DNA from: Candidatus Poribacteria bacterium | Lineage (GTDB): Bacteria > Poribacteria > WGA-4E > WGA-3G | Length of the DNA: 64,000 nt | Reading direction: 5' to 3' | Assembly: GCA_022821065.1 (NCBI GenBank) | Contig: JAJEEK010000017.1 | Span: 103 to 64,102 of the forward strand | In this document: in pieces, positions 19,800 through 28,220 of the stretch | How the letters are laid out: each line of letters opens with the position of its first letter | Numbering within the stretch: the first letter of the stretch is position 1 | Translations under genes and position numbers: made by a program | Notes under the pieces: model-generated | Databases searched by the model: none | Told to the model about the DNA's origin: nothing | Seen by the model: the letters and a program-made list of their open reading frames with translations, nothing else

Positions 19800-20729
19800 C
19801 TAAGTTTCTTTCTGGCGTTCTCTAAGTTCTTTTTCGGCGTTTTCTCGGTTGGTGCGGGCTGTTGGATCATCAGGGTTTATACGTATCGCCTCGCCATAAT
19901 CAGCGATAGCCCCCTCAAGGTCTCCGAGTTTGCTTTTGGCGTTTCCTCGGTTGTTGTAGGCTCTCGTATATTCGGGGTCAAGCCGGATCGCCTCGTCATA
20001 ATCAGCGATAGCAGCCTCGGGGTGTCCCAATTGACTTTTCGTAAAGCCTCGGTTGTTGTAAAGGATCGCATTATCACGGTCAAGAGAGTCAAGCCGGATC
20101 GCTTCGTCATAATCGGAAATGGCTTCAAAATGTTTTCCTAATTCATTTTTTGCGTTTCCTCGGTTGCAGTAGATTCTTGCCTCATCAGGGTCAAGCCGGA
20201 TCGCCTCGTCATAATCAGCAATAGCAGCCTCAGGGTGTCCCAGTTCTCTTTTTGCGTTTCCTCGGTTGTGGTAGACTCCCGCATCATTAGGGTTTAGTCG
20301 GATCGCTTGGTCGTAATCGGAGATGGCTTCAAAATATTTTCCTAATTCACTTTTTGCGTTTCCTCGGTTGTTGTAGGTTCTCGCATCTTCAGGGTTTATA
20401 CGGATCGCCTCATCATAATCGGAAATAGCAGCTTCAAGGTGTCCCAGTTCTCTTTTTCCGTTTCCTCGGTTGCCGTAAGCCTCCGTAAATTTAGGATTGA
20501 GCCGAACCGCCTCATTATAATCAGAGATAGCAGCCTCAGGGTGTCCCAGTTCTCTTTTTGCGTTTCCTCGGTTGTAGTAGGCTCTTGCATATTCAGGGTC
20601 AAGCCGGATCGCCTCATCATAATCGGAAATGGCAGCCTGATAATCGCCTTGATCGTAGAATTCATTCCCCCTCTCAACGTAGGCTTCTGCGGATGTAGGC
20701 TCCTCAATTGGGTTCTTAGTGTTTTCCAT
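19800..20729 (-). CDS. TPR protein made of nine near-identical 34-aa repeats
   Basis: Repeating AISDYDEAIRLDPEYARAYYNRGNAKRELGHPEA unit (102-nt DNA period). The start ATG overlaps the upstream stop (TGATG). Confidence 0.9.
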   Translation of the reverse strand: MENTKNPIEEPTSAEAYVERGNEFYDQGDYQAAISDYDEAIRLDPEYARAYYNRGNAKRELGHPEAAISDYNEAVRLNPKFTEAYGNRGNGKRELGHLEAAISDYDEAIRINPEDARTYNNRGNAKSELGKYFEAISDYDQAIRLNPNDAGVYHNRGNAKRELGHPEAAIADYDEAIRLDPDEARIYCNRGNAKNELGKHFEAISDYDEAIRLDSLDRDNAILYNNRGFTKSQLGHPEAAIADYDEAIRLDPEYTRAYNNRGNAKSKLGDLEGAIADYGEAIRINPDDPTARTNRENAEKELRERQKET

Positions 20730-21316
20730 CAGACTGTTTCTCCTGCATCGCGGTGTGGAGACCGGACATTCCGTGTTAACCCACCTAATCCCTCCGCGCT
20801 CGGTACTTTGGGGTCTCCGAGAACGCCTCTCGTTGTTGAAATCTCCGCTTGTGCTGAGATGAGTTTGGTGATTTGGGCTGGAATTTCTGCCTGTGCTGAG
20901 GTTAGTCTGGTGATCTCCTCGGCTAAGCGATCTATCTTGTCCACATCATTCTTTTTACCTCGATTATCCCACCATGATTTGAGAAAATAAAGTATCAGAG
21001 TTCCAAAAACTCCTAATATACCGTACCAAATCCGATCCACCGTCTCTTTTAAATCACGTATGCTTTCTTTCATGTTCCCTATATCCGTCTTATTTACTGC
21101 TACATCTGTACTAAGGGTCCCAACCTTTGTACTAAGGGTTTCAATCTTTGTCTCAACCTCTTTGACTTTCGTATCCACATGATCGCGAATTCGCCGCTCT
21201 GATTCGCCTATCTTCTCAATAATCGTATCGGTTGCTGACTGCGATTGTGCAAACACCGTAGAGGCAATAAAAAGGACACAGAAAATCCCAAGACATATCG
21301 CCCGTCCATTTGGCAT
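20729..21316 (-). CDS. signal peptide - coiled coil - TM - coiled coil protein, unknown function
   Basis: MPNGRAICLGIFCVLFIASTVFAQSQ signal, heptad-rich ectodomain, TM IWYGILGVFGTLILYFL, then repeated ITRLTSAQAEI / ITKLISAQAEI. An alternative start at 21361 is possible. Confidence 0.65.
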   Translation of the reverse strand: MPNGRAICLGIFCVLFIASTVFAQSQSATDTIIEKIGESERRIRDHVDTKVKEVETKIETLSTKVGTLSTDVAVNKTDIGNMKESIRDLKETVDRIWYGILGVFGTLILYFLKSWWDNRGKKNDVDKIDRLAEEITRLTSAQAEIPAQITKLISAQAEISTTRGVLGDPKVPSAEGLGGLTRNVRSPHRDAGETV

Positions 21317-21555
21317 TGTGAATCTCCCAGACTTCAGTTTTACGCTATGAGAATAACGCATATATCACCTTTCGGTTAACAGGTTAATTTATTTTAGCAT
21401 ATTATTCAAGAAAAAAGTAGGAAAAGTGCATCGCTTTCCCACCCCTATAGGGTGTGAGGTGCCACCGTTTATTCGGACCACAAATTAGCAAAGTTAAGAC
21501 AAGTTTTTCGTTGAGATTCACATTACTGAGATTCACAGTTGTTCTCCTTTTTCGA

Positions 21556-24500
21556 TTAATCCTCTGTGTCCGGATATAATGCAGGTAAATTTTTGATAAT
21601 TTTCATTGTTTCAAGGCTTACGGTGGTGACGCGTGCTATTAAATCTACAATATACCGCCGTTCCGTCTCTCGGTTTGGGTCGTTGACAATACGGCTCCCT
21701 CTGCCCGTATTCGGCTTGTAGTCCTCTGTGACGCGATACTGATCGACCACCCACTCCAACGCCGAGCGAGTGCCCAATCTATAGTCGTGTGCTTCAACCG
21801 GAATATCTTCAATGGTTAAGAAATTGTTGTATTCAATCCGCGTTTTGTCTTTCGACAACCTCATCTTCTCCACGCACAAATCTAAAGGCGTATTCGGTGT
21901 TTCCTTGAGCGTCAGTCCCGCGTGTTTTGGCGCGGTCTCGTAATTGATATGGAGATCCGCTAACTGCTTGCCAGCCTCCGAGAATGCCCAAAAATCGTCG
22001 GCGAAAGGGATACGGGGGAGGCTGCGTTTTAGATTTTCTCGGTATTTATTGCGATAATCTGGATGGTGTAAAATGCCGTAATTGTAGTAGAAGATGTCCC
22101 ATTTGCTTATGCTGTCGTCATCGTAGTCGTTCTGAAACTTTTTTAGAGCCCAATCAGTGATATTTTCGTGACGGATTTTGCCATCTGGACTATAGGCGTA
22201 GAAGGGAAAGCATTGAGCACCACAACCTGAACCCACAACGTGTAGATCGGTTAGTTGATTACTCATAAGCGTCATAAAAGGCTTCTCAGATCCCTTATCT
22301 GTCAGACAAATTATTTGATTTTCTGTTTCTGTTTCAAGGGCCGGAAAAATGGTGGAAAAATGTCCCATGCGGTCTATTAGAATATTATCAAAGAAAAGTT
22401 CTTTTTTCGTAAAAGGGCGGTAAAGTGAACACCTTATTTTTTCTTCAGCAAATTGGGTAATGTTCCCACGCTCAAGATGTTGTTTTAAGGTGTTACTCCA
22501 CTTCATTTTAGTGTCATCATAGAAAACAAAGTCATTAACATTGCGTTTGGGCGGCCTCTGACGTTTCCATCGATCCAATTCCACTTCATAAGTTTCCAAC
22601 ATGCGTTGAACGTTATCGCGAAGCGCGTCTTGATTGAAGTTATAAACCCAGAAATCTCGATTGGTTGACACACCGAGGCTGAAGTTTTTGAAAATCACAC
22701 CGTCTGTGGTTTCTGCTGTGCCTTTTCCGTCTTTCGCGTCTTTAGTTCCTATCGGGATGAGAGTATCAAAATCGGCGTGGAGTCCTTCAGTGATCCACGT
22801 GTGTTTTTTATCGGGCTGAATCTCTTGCCATGTAACATCGCTTACACTTTTGTGCGTCTTAAGGAAATGAAACGTCTGCGCCTTACTCAATAGTTCTGTT
22901 TCATTGTTGTAAAGGATACATGGAGAATCAATAGGTTCTCCTGTTCTTACGAGCAGTGCTATACTTACACCGATTTTAATGTCAAATACGTTGGAGCCTG
23001 CTGGCTGCCTCTTATTGATGTTTCCGCCTAAATTAAGCAGATACAGTGCGTTGAATTCTTTAGCAAGATGTTTGCGCATTCCATCAAACGCCAGTCCGTT
23101 AATAAAATTGTTGTTTGTTATAAATGCGACAATACCGGAGTTTCCAATTCGATTTGATGCCCAGCTAAACGCTCTTACAAATGGGTCGTACGTGTTATAT
23201 TTCAGTTGCGCTTTGGAATCTTTCACATACGTAGCCTTGATCTGTTCGTCGAGTACCTCGTATGGACGATTCTTGTTATTGTCATTTTCGCTCTGTTGTC
23301 CAGCATTGTAGGGTGGATTACCGATAACCACAAACATGTCTTTTGCTTTTTGTTGTTCTACCCGTTTTGTGTTTTCCTCGGTAAGAAGTTCCATTTGTTG
23401 CTGATCAAACAATTCAAAAGTATCGGCGAAGACTATCCTCTCAAATGGTAGATATTTTTTTGTATGATGTAAGAATTCTTGCTCGATGTTCAAGTTAGCA
23501 ATATAGTAAGGGAGCAACAGCACCTCGTTGCAATGCAGTTCGTGTCGGTATTTATCCTCCAATGCTATTTTTTGGATGTCCTGCATGATCCTGACAATGA
23601 AATTGCCGGTGCCAACAAACGGGTCGATAATATGCACGCCTGTATCCGACAGCGAACGGTTAAACTCGGTTTTCAAGAGATATTCAACGCTGTTTACCAT
23701 GAAATCAACAATCGGTTGCGGGGTGTAGACGATACCATGAGTGTCTGCCGTATCCTCAGAATACTCTTGAAAAAACTTTTCATAAACAGTATTGAGAAAG
23801 TGTTGTTTTTCGGAGAAATCTTTACAATGGGTGGCAGCTTCTTCAATGGCAGTGTAAAAAGGGGATAGAGGTTTGAGGAACTCGTCTCGACTCACCGAGT
23901 ACTGCATGAGTGCCTTACTCACTTTTTCTATCTCTATAGCGATGATGTTTCGGTTGGTAAAATCCGACCTGTCAAAAACTTTGAGGAAGATCCGCTCGGT
24001 GAGGATATGCTGAATGAGCATCTCTTCAACGGTCGCTTGTGAGAGATCGGGGTTGATCGAGGTGAGGCAAGTTTGGTAGAAACTGGTAAATGCCTCCTTG
24101 AATGCGGCGTTCGTTTTGTGTTGTTCCTCAACAAGTTCTTTCAACTTGGCGGCAAGTGCCGGAATCCGATCGCTGAATTTATTGACTGCATCATACCAAT
24201 CGCTAAAAGTGGCGCCCGAATAAAAGAAAAGACGTTGGAGGACTTCAACAAGGTTTTCGGGATCGGTGATGTCCGTGTCCAGTGCTACTTCATGGTTCTG
24301 ATATAAGATGGCGCGCTCGGGGTTTTGAAACAGGATATTGTCAAATGGATAGCCTTTGTCGCGTTTCTCCTGAATTGCTTTCGGGAGGTCGTCATCCATA
24401 TCCTTTGCTTCCCAGTAAGCGGTCGGGAGTCCGTACTCGTTCAAGATCGCGCCATCAATGACGATGCGGTTTCCTTCTGGGCTGCGCATCGTGTGTTGCG

Positions 24501-24663
24501 GCTCAAGTGTGCCTTTTATCTTTTTTGTGCAGGTAGCAAGTAAGAAGGCGAAAGGATTACTAACTGCGCCTTCGTGCGTGATATTATGCCGATTGTATTG
24601 TTCCAGTGCCTCATAATAGTCTCGTATCGGCTTGTGTGTAGGCTTGAGATTTAGTTTTTCCAT
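21556..24663 (-). CDS. single-chain restriction-modification-like enzyme: N-terminal PD-(D/E)xK-like module, gamma-class N6-adenine methyltransferase, large C-terminal specificity region (type IIG / helicase-less type ISP-like)
   Basis: Motif I IDPFVGTGNFIV. Motif IV VIGNPPYNAGQ. N-terminal VIDGAILNEYGLPTAYWEAKD fits D-x14-E-x-K. 1035 aa. Confidence 0.85.
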   Translation of the reverse strand: MEKLNLKPTHKPIRDYYEALEQYNRHNITHEGAVSNPFAFLLATCTKKIKGTLEPQHTMRSPEGNRIVIDGAILNEYGLPTAYWEAKDMDDDLPKAIQEKRDKGYPFDNILFQNPERAILYQNHEVALDTDITDPENLVEVLQRLFFYSGATFSDWYDAVNKFSDRIPALAAKLKELVEEQHKTNAAFKEAFTSFYQTCLTSINPDLSQATVEEMLIQHILTERIFLKVFDRSDFTNRNIIAIEIEKVSKALMQYSVSRDEFLKPLSPFYTAIEEAATHCKDFSEKQHFLNTVYEKFFQEYSEDTADTHGIVYTPQPIVDFMVNSVEYLLKTEFNRSLSDTGVHIIDPFVGTGNFIVRIMQDIQKIALEDKYRHELHCNEVLLLPYYIANLNIEQEFLHHTKKYLPFERIVFADTFELFDQQQMELLTEENTKRVEQQKAKDMFVVIGNPPYNAGQQSENDNNKNRPYEVLDEQIKATYVKDSKAQLKYNTYDPFVRAFSWASNRIGNSGIVAFITNNNFINGLAFDGMRKHLAKEFNALYLLNLGGNINKRQPAGSNVFDIKIGVSIALLVRTGEPIDSPCILYNNETELLSKAQTFHFLKTHKSVSDVTWQEIQPDKKHTWITEGLHADFDTLIPIGTKDAKDGKGTAETTDGVIFKNFSLGVSTNRDFWVYNFNQDALRDNVQRMLETYEVELDRWKRQRPPKRNVNDFVFYDDTKMKWSNTLKQHLERGNITQFAEEKIRCSLYRPFTKKELFFDNILIDRMGHFSTIFPALETETENQIICLTDKGSEKPFMTLMSNQLTDLHVVGSGCGAQCFPFYAYSPDGKIRHENITDWALKKFQNDYDDDSISKWDIFYYNYGILHHPDYRNKYRENLKRSLPRIPFADDFWAFSEAGKQLADLHINYETAPKHAGLTLKETPNTPLDLCVEKMRLSKDKTRIEYNNFLTIEDIPVEAHDYRLGTRSALEWVVDQYRVTEDYKPNTGRGSRIVNDPNRETERRYIVDLIARVTTVSLETMKIIKNLPALYPDTED

Positions 24664-24680
24664 AAAGGTTTCTATTTAGT

Positions 24681-24802
24681 CAGGACTTACGCATGACGCT
24701 CTTTTGTACCACAAACTTCCCAGTTTGTGCTACCAGAACGCTATGTTTTCCGAGAAATCTCAGCCAACAGAACAGGCTACAGTCAAAAGTGCGTAAGTCC
24801 TA
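24681..24802 (+). mobile_element. MITE-1 copy B
   Basis: Same termini and hairpin (CACAAACT-tccc-AGTTTGTG). 5-bp duplication TTAGT (24676-80 and 24803-07). It begins 13 nt upstream of the RM-like gene start codon. Confidence 0.8.
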
Positions 24803-24899
24803 TTAGTGTTAATTCGTCTCTGATGGGTTACAGGAATCGACGATCCGAAGGAGATGATTCGCGAAGATTATCACTTCAGCTGCTTCCTCTACGGTCATT

Positions 24900-24990
24900 T
24901 GGAAAAGTGGCAGACAGACCGTGCGGTCCGCTTCGTAGTGCCACCCAAACTGGTTCAGATAGTGTATCATATCAGTGGAAAGAAGGCAAG
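24900..24990 (-). promoter_or_regulatory. conserved promoter-plus-hairpin module, copy X
   Basis: Minus strand: TTGCCT-N17-TACACT, then CCAGTTTGGGTGGCAC...GTCTGCCAC stem-loop. About 75% identical by eye to 38855..38946. Confidence 0.35.
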
Positions 24991-25157
24991 TAGCGTTTCG
25001 TTCTCCTGTGGTTTCGATCACGGGTTAAATCTGAACTTTCACTGACTGTATATTAAAGACGATTTTTTTAACTCGTTTTCGTGCAAAAAATGGAAAAAAT
25101 GTCATAAATTATGAAAAAAGTGAATTTGTTATCCATCGTTTTCTCCCTTTATCTGAG

Positions 25158-25418
25158 TCATGCCTTCAAAACATCAAGTTCAAGATGGAAACGTTTTTCG
25201 GTGGTGTCGAGCAGGGCTTCGATGGCTTGCTCTGTGCTTCCACTCTCTGCGATAAGGGTTTCCATCTGCTCTACTGCGGTGGATGGGACATGGCTAAAAC
25301 AATTTTTAGCGGATTTGTCGAGATGGTTCCCGACGTTTAGACTCAGCACTAACAGTAGTGCGCGTTCCAATTTTTCGATGCGCTCGTCGCGCGCTTTGAG
25401 TTCTTCTAATAGATTCAT
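25158..25418 (-). CDS. hypothetical small helical protein
   Basis: 86-aa ORF with AAGGA 7 nt upstream of the ATG. No recognisable motif. Confidence 0.4.
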   Translation of the reverse strand: MNLLEELKARDERIEKLERALLLVLSLNVGNHLDKSAKNCFSHVPSTAVEQMETLIAESGSTEQAIEALLDTTEKRFHLELDVLKA

Positions 25419-25676
25419 TTGGATTTCCTTGTTTTAGTCTGTTTGCCCGCCTACGTAGATGGGATGGTGGTGGACATCTGGTTGATATGTTTTATTGTGT
25501 CACCGGCTCTGGATGTATGGGGAAAGTGTATCACGGATCAGGCAGAAAAGCAAGGTTTGGATGGCGAGATTGCGCGGGTCAGCATTGTTGAATTCTTATT
25601 TTTCTTTGATTTCGCGTCTCCAATATGTTACACTTTTGAAGGTTTTTACGACGAGTGGAATGGTCTTATCTGATTT

Positions 25677-26522
25677 ATGAAAAGGAGAAATGATTTGGTG
25701 TTTGTAAAAAACGGTTGTGTTGGATTGTTGGTAGTGGTTTTATTGCTTTATTCTTCGATGGTTGCGACGGCAGAGACTGTAGCGTATTATCCGACAGATT
25801 TGGGGAATATCTGGGTCTTGGAGACTGCAGATGGGACGGAACGGGTTACCTATACGATTGAAGCCTCCGAGGAACGTATCGACGGTAAAGAGATCGCACT
25901 CTTTAAAAGAACGGCGGAAACGGCAGGTGCAGACGAAACTACGGGCGAGGTGTACTTTGTCCACTTCGACGAGGACGGTGTAAAACTGCATAAGGTTGTT
26001 GCGGAACTCGGTTCATTTATCGGTACCGTGTCGGCTGTATTATCGCCGCCGGGCCTGTTTCTTCCTGCCTCTTTGGAGCTTGGGGTTTCGTGGGGGTTCA
26101 CCTTAGAAACAGAGGTTATACTCACGGGTCCGCTCTCGGTTTCGTCCGTTTACGAAGCCGTCGCGGTGGAAGATGTGGTAACACCGGCAGGGACATTTGA
26201 GAACTGTCTTAAAATTCAGATTGATTCGAGGACGGTCTCCGCGTTATCGGTCGGTCGGACAACCTCCTACCAATGGCTGGCGCCGAATATCGGGATTGTT
26301 CGGGTTGAGACGGATCAGGAGCGTGTTTTTGATTTGATACGTTCCAACTTGGTTCCAGGTGTTTCCGCTTATGATGTAACGGGTGATGGTGTTATCAATG
26401 TATTAGACCTTGTCTTTGTCGCTGCTCGTCTTGGGGACGCGGATACGGATGCGGATGTGAATGCTGACGGTGTTGTCAATATTTTGGATTTGGTGCTTAT
26501 CGCGCAAAATTTGAGCGATTAA
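25677..26522 (+). CDS. secreted protein with C-terminal dockerin-type repeats
   Basis: Signal peptide, then DVTGDGVINVLDLVFVAARLG and DVNADGVVNILDLVLIAQNL (dockerin type I Ca-binding pair). The start could instead be TTG 25695 or GTG 25698, after AAAGGAGAA. Confidence 0.8.
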   Translation: MKRRNDLVFVKNGCVGLLVVVLLLYSSMVATAETVAYYPTDLGNIWVLETADGTERVTYTIEASEERIDGKEIALFKRTAETAGADETTGEVYFVHFDEDGVKLHKVVAELGSFIGTVSAVLSPPGLFLPASLELGVSWGFTLETEVILTGPLSVSSVYEAVAVEDVVTPAGTFENCLKIQIDSRTVSALSVGRTTSYQWLAPNIGIVRVETDQERVFDLIRSNLVPGVSAYDVTGDGVINVLDLVFVAARLGDADTDADVNADGVVNILDLVLIAQNLSD

Positions 26523-26541
26523 TTCTAATACCATTTAGTCC

Positions 26542-26780
26542 CGTAGGTTGGGTTGAACGGTGGTAAAAAAGGATATGTTGGTGCGCCAATACTCTCAAAC
26601 CCAACTTGTCGTTCTATACATCCAAAAACGTAGTGAAACCCAACTTGAGAACCTCAGGTGCCCGGAAACCGCAAAGGCGTTGGGTTTCTCTCGGTTTCTG
26701 TTTGGCGTGCCATTCACGGTGCAGGCTGAGTTTTGTGTTACTTTTCAGCGTTTTGGGAATATCCGTTCAACCCAACCTAC
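26542..26780. mobile_element. MITE-2/BIME-like composite repeat, copy 2
   Basis: CGTAGGTTGGGTTGAACGG ... CCGTTCAACCCAACCTAC termini. Internal AAACCCAAC (x2) and GTTGGGTTTC. Confidence 0.55.
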
Positions 26781-26996
26781 AGGGCTGAACGAAGATTAAC
26801 AATTTAATTCGGTATTTTTTTGGAAGTCCGGTGCGGTTGGAAACCGTGAAGAAACACCGTTTTTGCTGGGGGTGTTTTTGCTGGGGCGTTTCCCCTTGCT
26901 TGGGTGTTTCTGCGGATTTCTTCAGCAAAAACCCTACCGGGCCTGGGAAAGATATAGAATTACCTAAATATTTTATTAAACTTCATAAAGTTTGTG

Positions 26997-27845
26997 CTAC
27001 AACTTGTCTTTGACACAGCGGAATCCGCGAAAGACGCTGGTATAATGCTGGGGTCCCCAATCCCGATATGAGACTTGTAGAAACAGTCCGTTATCGGTCC
27101 AACAACCGCCGCGTAGTACTCGGTACTTTTCCTCGATGTTCTTGAAATTATCGATAGTTGCTTGGCGCGTTCCTTTTGAAAATGGGTTTTCCCGCTGGGA
27201 GGTTGCATAGAAATCAGGATCGTATTCATCAAGGCACCACTCTGAAACATTGCCTACCATATCGTATAGACCGTACCCGTTGGGTGGGTATTGTCCGACA
27301 GCGATTGGCGCGCTGAAATGTCGTGCGTAGTTTGCTTGGGTTGGGTCGATCATATCGCCCGACGGATACGCCTTGCCAGTAAGTCCGCCGCGTGCAGCTT
27401 TCTCCCACTCTGCCTCTGTCGGTAACCTTTTGCCTGCCCATTCTGCGTAAGCCATCGCTGCGTACCAAGAGACATAAATGACAGGATGATTCGCCTCGCC
27501 TTCGGGATAGGTGTTCCCGTCCCAAAGTCGGAGGTATACACCGTCATGAAGTGCTTCCGCAATATTTTCTTTCTGCCACTGTGGATTTGCATCGACGAAA
27601 ACTTTGTATTGGGCGTTTGTTACTTCATAGATGTCCATATAGAAGGCATCAAGATAGACGGTGTGCACTGGACGTTCATTGTTTTTTCCTGTGTGGCTCC
27701 CCATTTCAAACTCACCCGCAGGTATTAGCACCATCCCGTCAGGGATATCGCTGGCAGAGGGAATGTGTTGTGGACCACGGATCCACAAAATGGTAAGGAT
27801 TAGGATGCACACGATTCCTTTTTTATTCATTATCTGTTTATCCAA
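26997..27845 (-). CDS. formylglycine-generating-enzyme (FGE/SUMF1) family protein, secreted
   Basis: GYGLYDMVGNVSEWCLDEY and RVLRGGCW...FRGFRCV motifs. N-terminal signal peptide. Confidence 0.9.
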   Translation of the reverse strand: MDKQIMNKKGIVCILILTILWIRGPQHIPSASDIPDGMVLIPAGEFEMGSHTGKNNERPVHTVYLDAFYMDIYEVTNAQYKVFVDANPQWQKENIAEALHDGVYLRLWDGNTYPEGEANHPVIYVSWYAAMAYAEWAGKRLPTEAEWEKAARGGLTGKAYPSGDMIDPTQANYARHFSAPIAVGQYPPNGYGLYDMVGNVSEWCLDEYDPDFYATSQRENPFSKGTRQATIDNFKNIEEKYRVLRGGCWTDNGLFLQVSYRDWGPQHYTSVFRGFRCVKDKL

Positions 27846-28220
27846 AGAGCTGCTTTATACTGGTTGCGATGAAAAATAAAAATGCTTTCTGTAAGGTATG
27901 AAAAAAAATTTGAAAGCGTTGAAATATCCGATGCAGACGACATCGGAAATCTCATCAAGTTACAAATGGCAATTTTGGTTAAAATAGGTTAATTTTTAAT
28001 ATTATTCAATTAAAAAACAATCAAGTCTATATCTAACTGACTACAATACGATATTTTAAAACAAAAAGCAATTTATATCCATAAAAATCGCTAATTTCGC
28101 TTGAAAATACCTTTACAGGGTCTCTGGATGTGAGGCAGATAAGGAAACAACACTTTCTATTTTAAGGTAGCAACTTGGGTTATGTATACCTCCATTTGTG
28201 TCTATTGGTTTGTAGGTGGA

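Noticed and set aside
19671-20990. Plus-strand ORFs 19671..20141 and 20439..20990. Similar antisense ORFs include 316..849, 12922..13446, 46618..47226, 59165..59872 and 63416..63745.
   Set aside because: They are shadow ORFs opposite well-supported genes (TPR, larC, secA, LamG, Wzc-like, rfaE). Their translations are repetitive or compositionally odd.
17470-24663. The region as a prophage or integrative element, because of the DUF2280-like protein and the iteron-like array
   Set aside because: There is no integrase, terminase large subunit, capsid or tail gene, and no tRNA or att-like direct repeats. The evidence supports only an isolated DNA-binding-like gene plus repeats.
21556-24663. The methyltransferase as BREX PglX or as a type I HsdM
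   Set aside because: No PglZ, BrxC, BrxL or HsdR/HsdS genes are nearby. The long C-terminal region and the N-terminal D...ExK module fit a single-chain type IIG/ISP-like enzyme better.
24809-25021. The 70-aa ORF (GTG start) as a small toxin/antitoxin-like gene paired with 25158..25418
   Set aside because: Most of it coincides with the conserved non-coding module X, which recurs at 38855-38946 in a non-coding context. It has no RBS and no recognisable motif.
26997-27845. The FGE/C-type-lectin-fold protein as the variable target of a diversity-generating retroelement
   Set aside because: No reverse transcriptase or Avd-like ORF lies anywhere in the window. I found no template-repeat copy of the 3' end nearby, and the C-terminus is not Asn/AAC-rich. 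It looks like an ordinary FGE-family protein.
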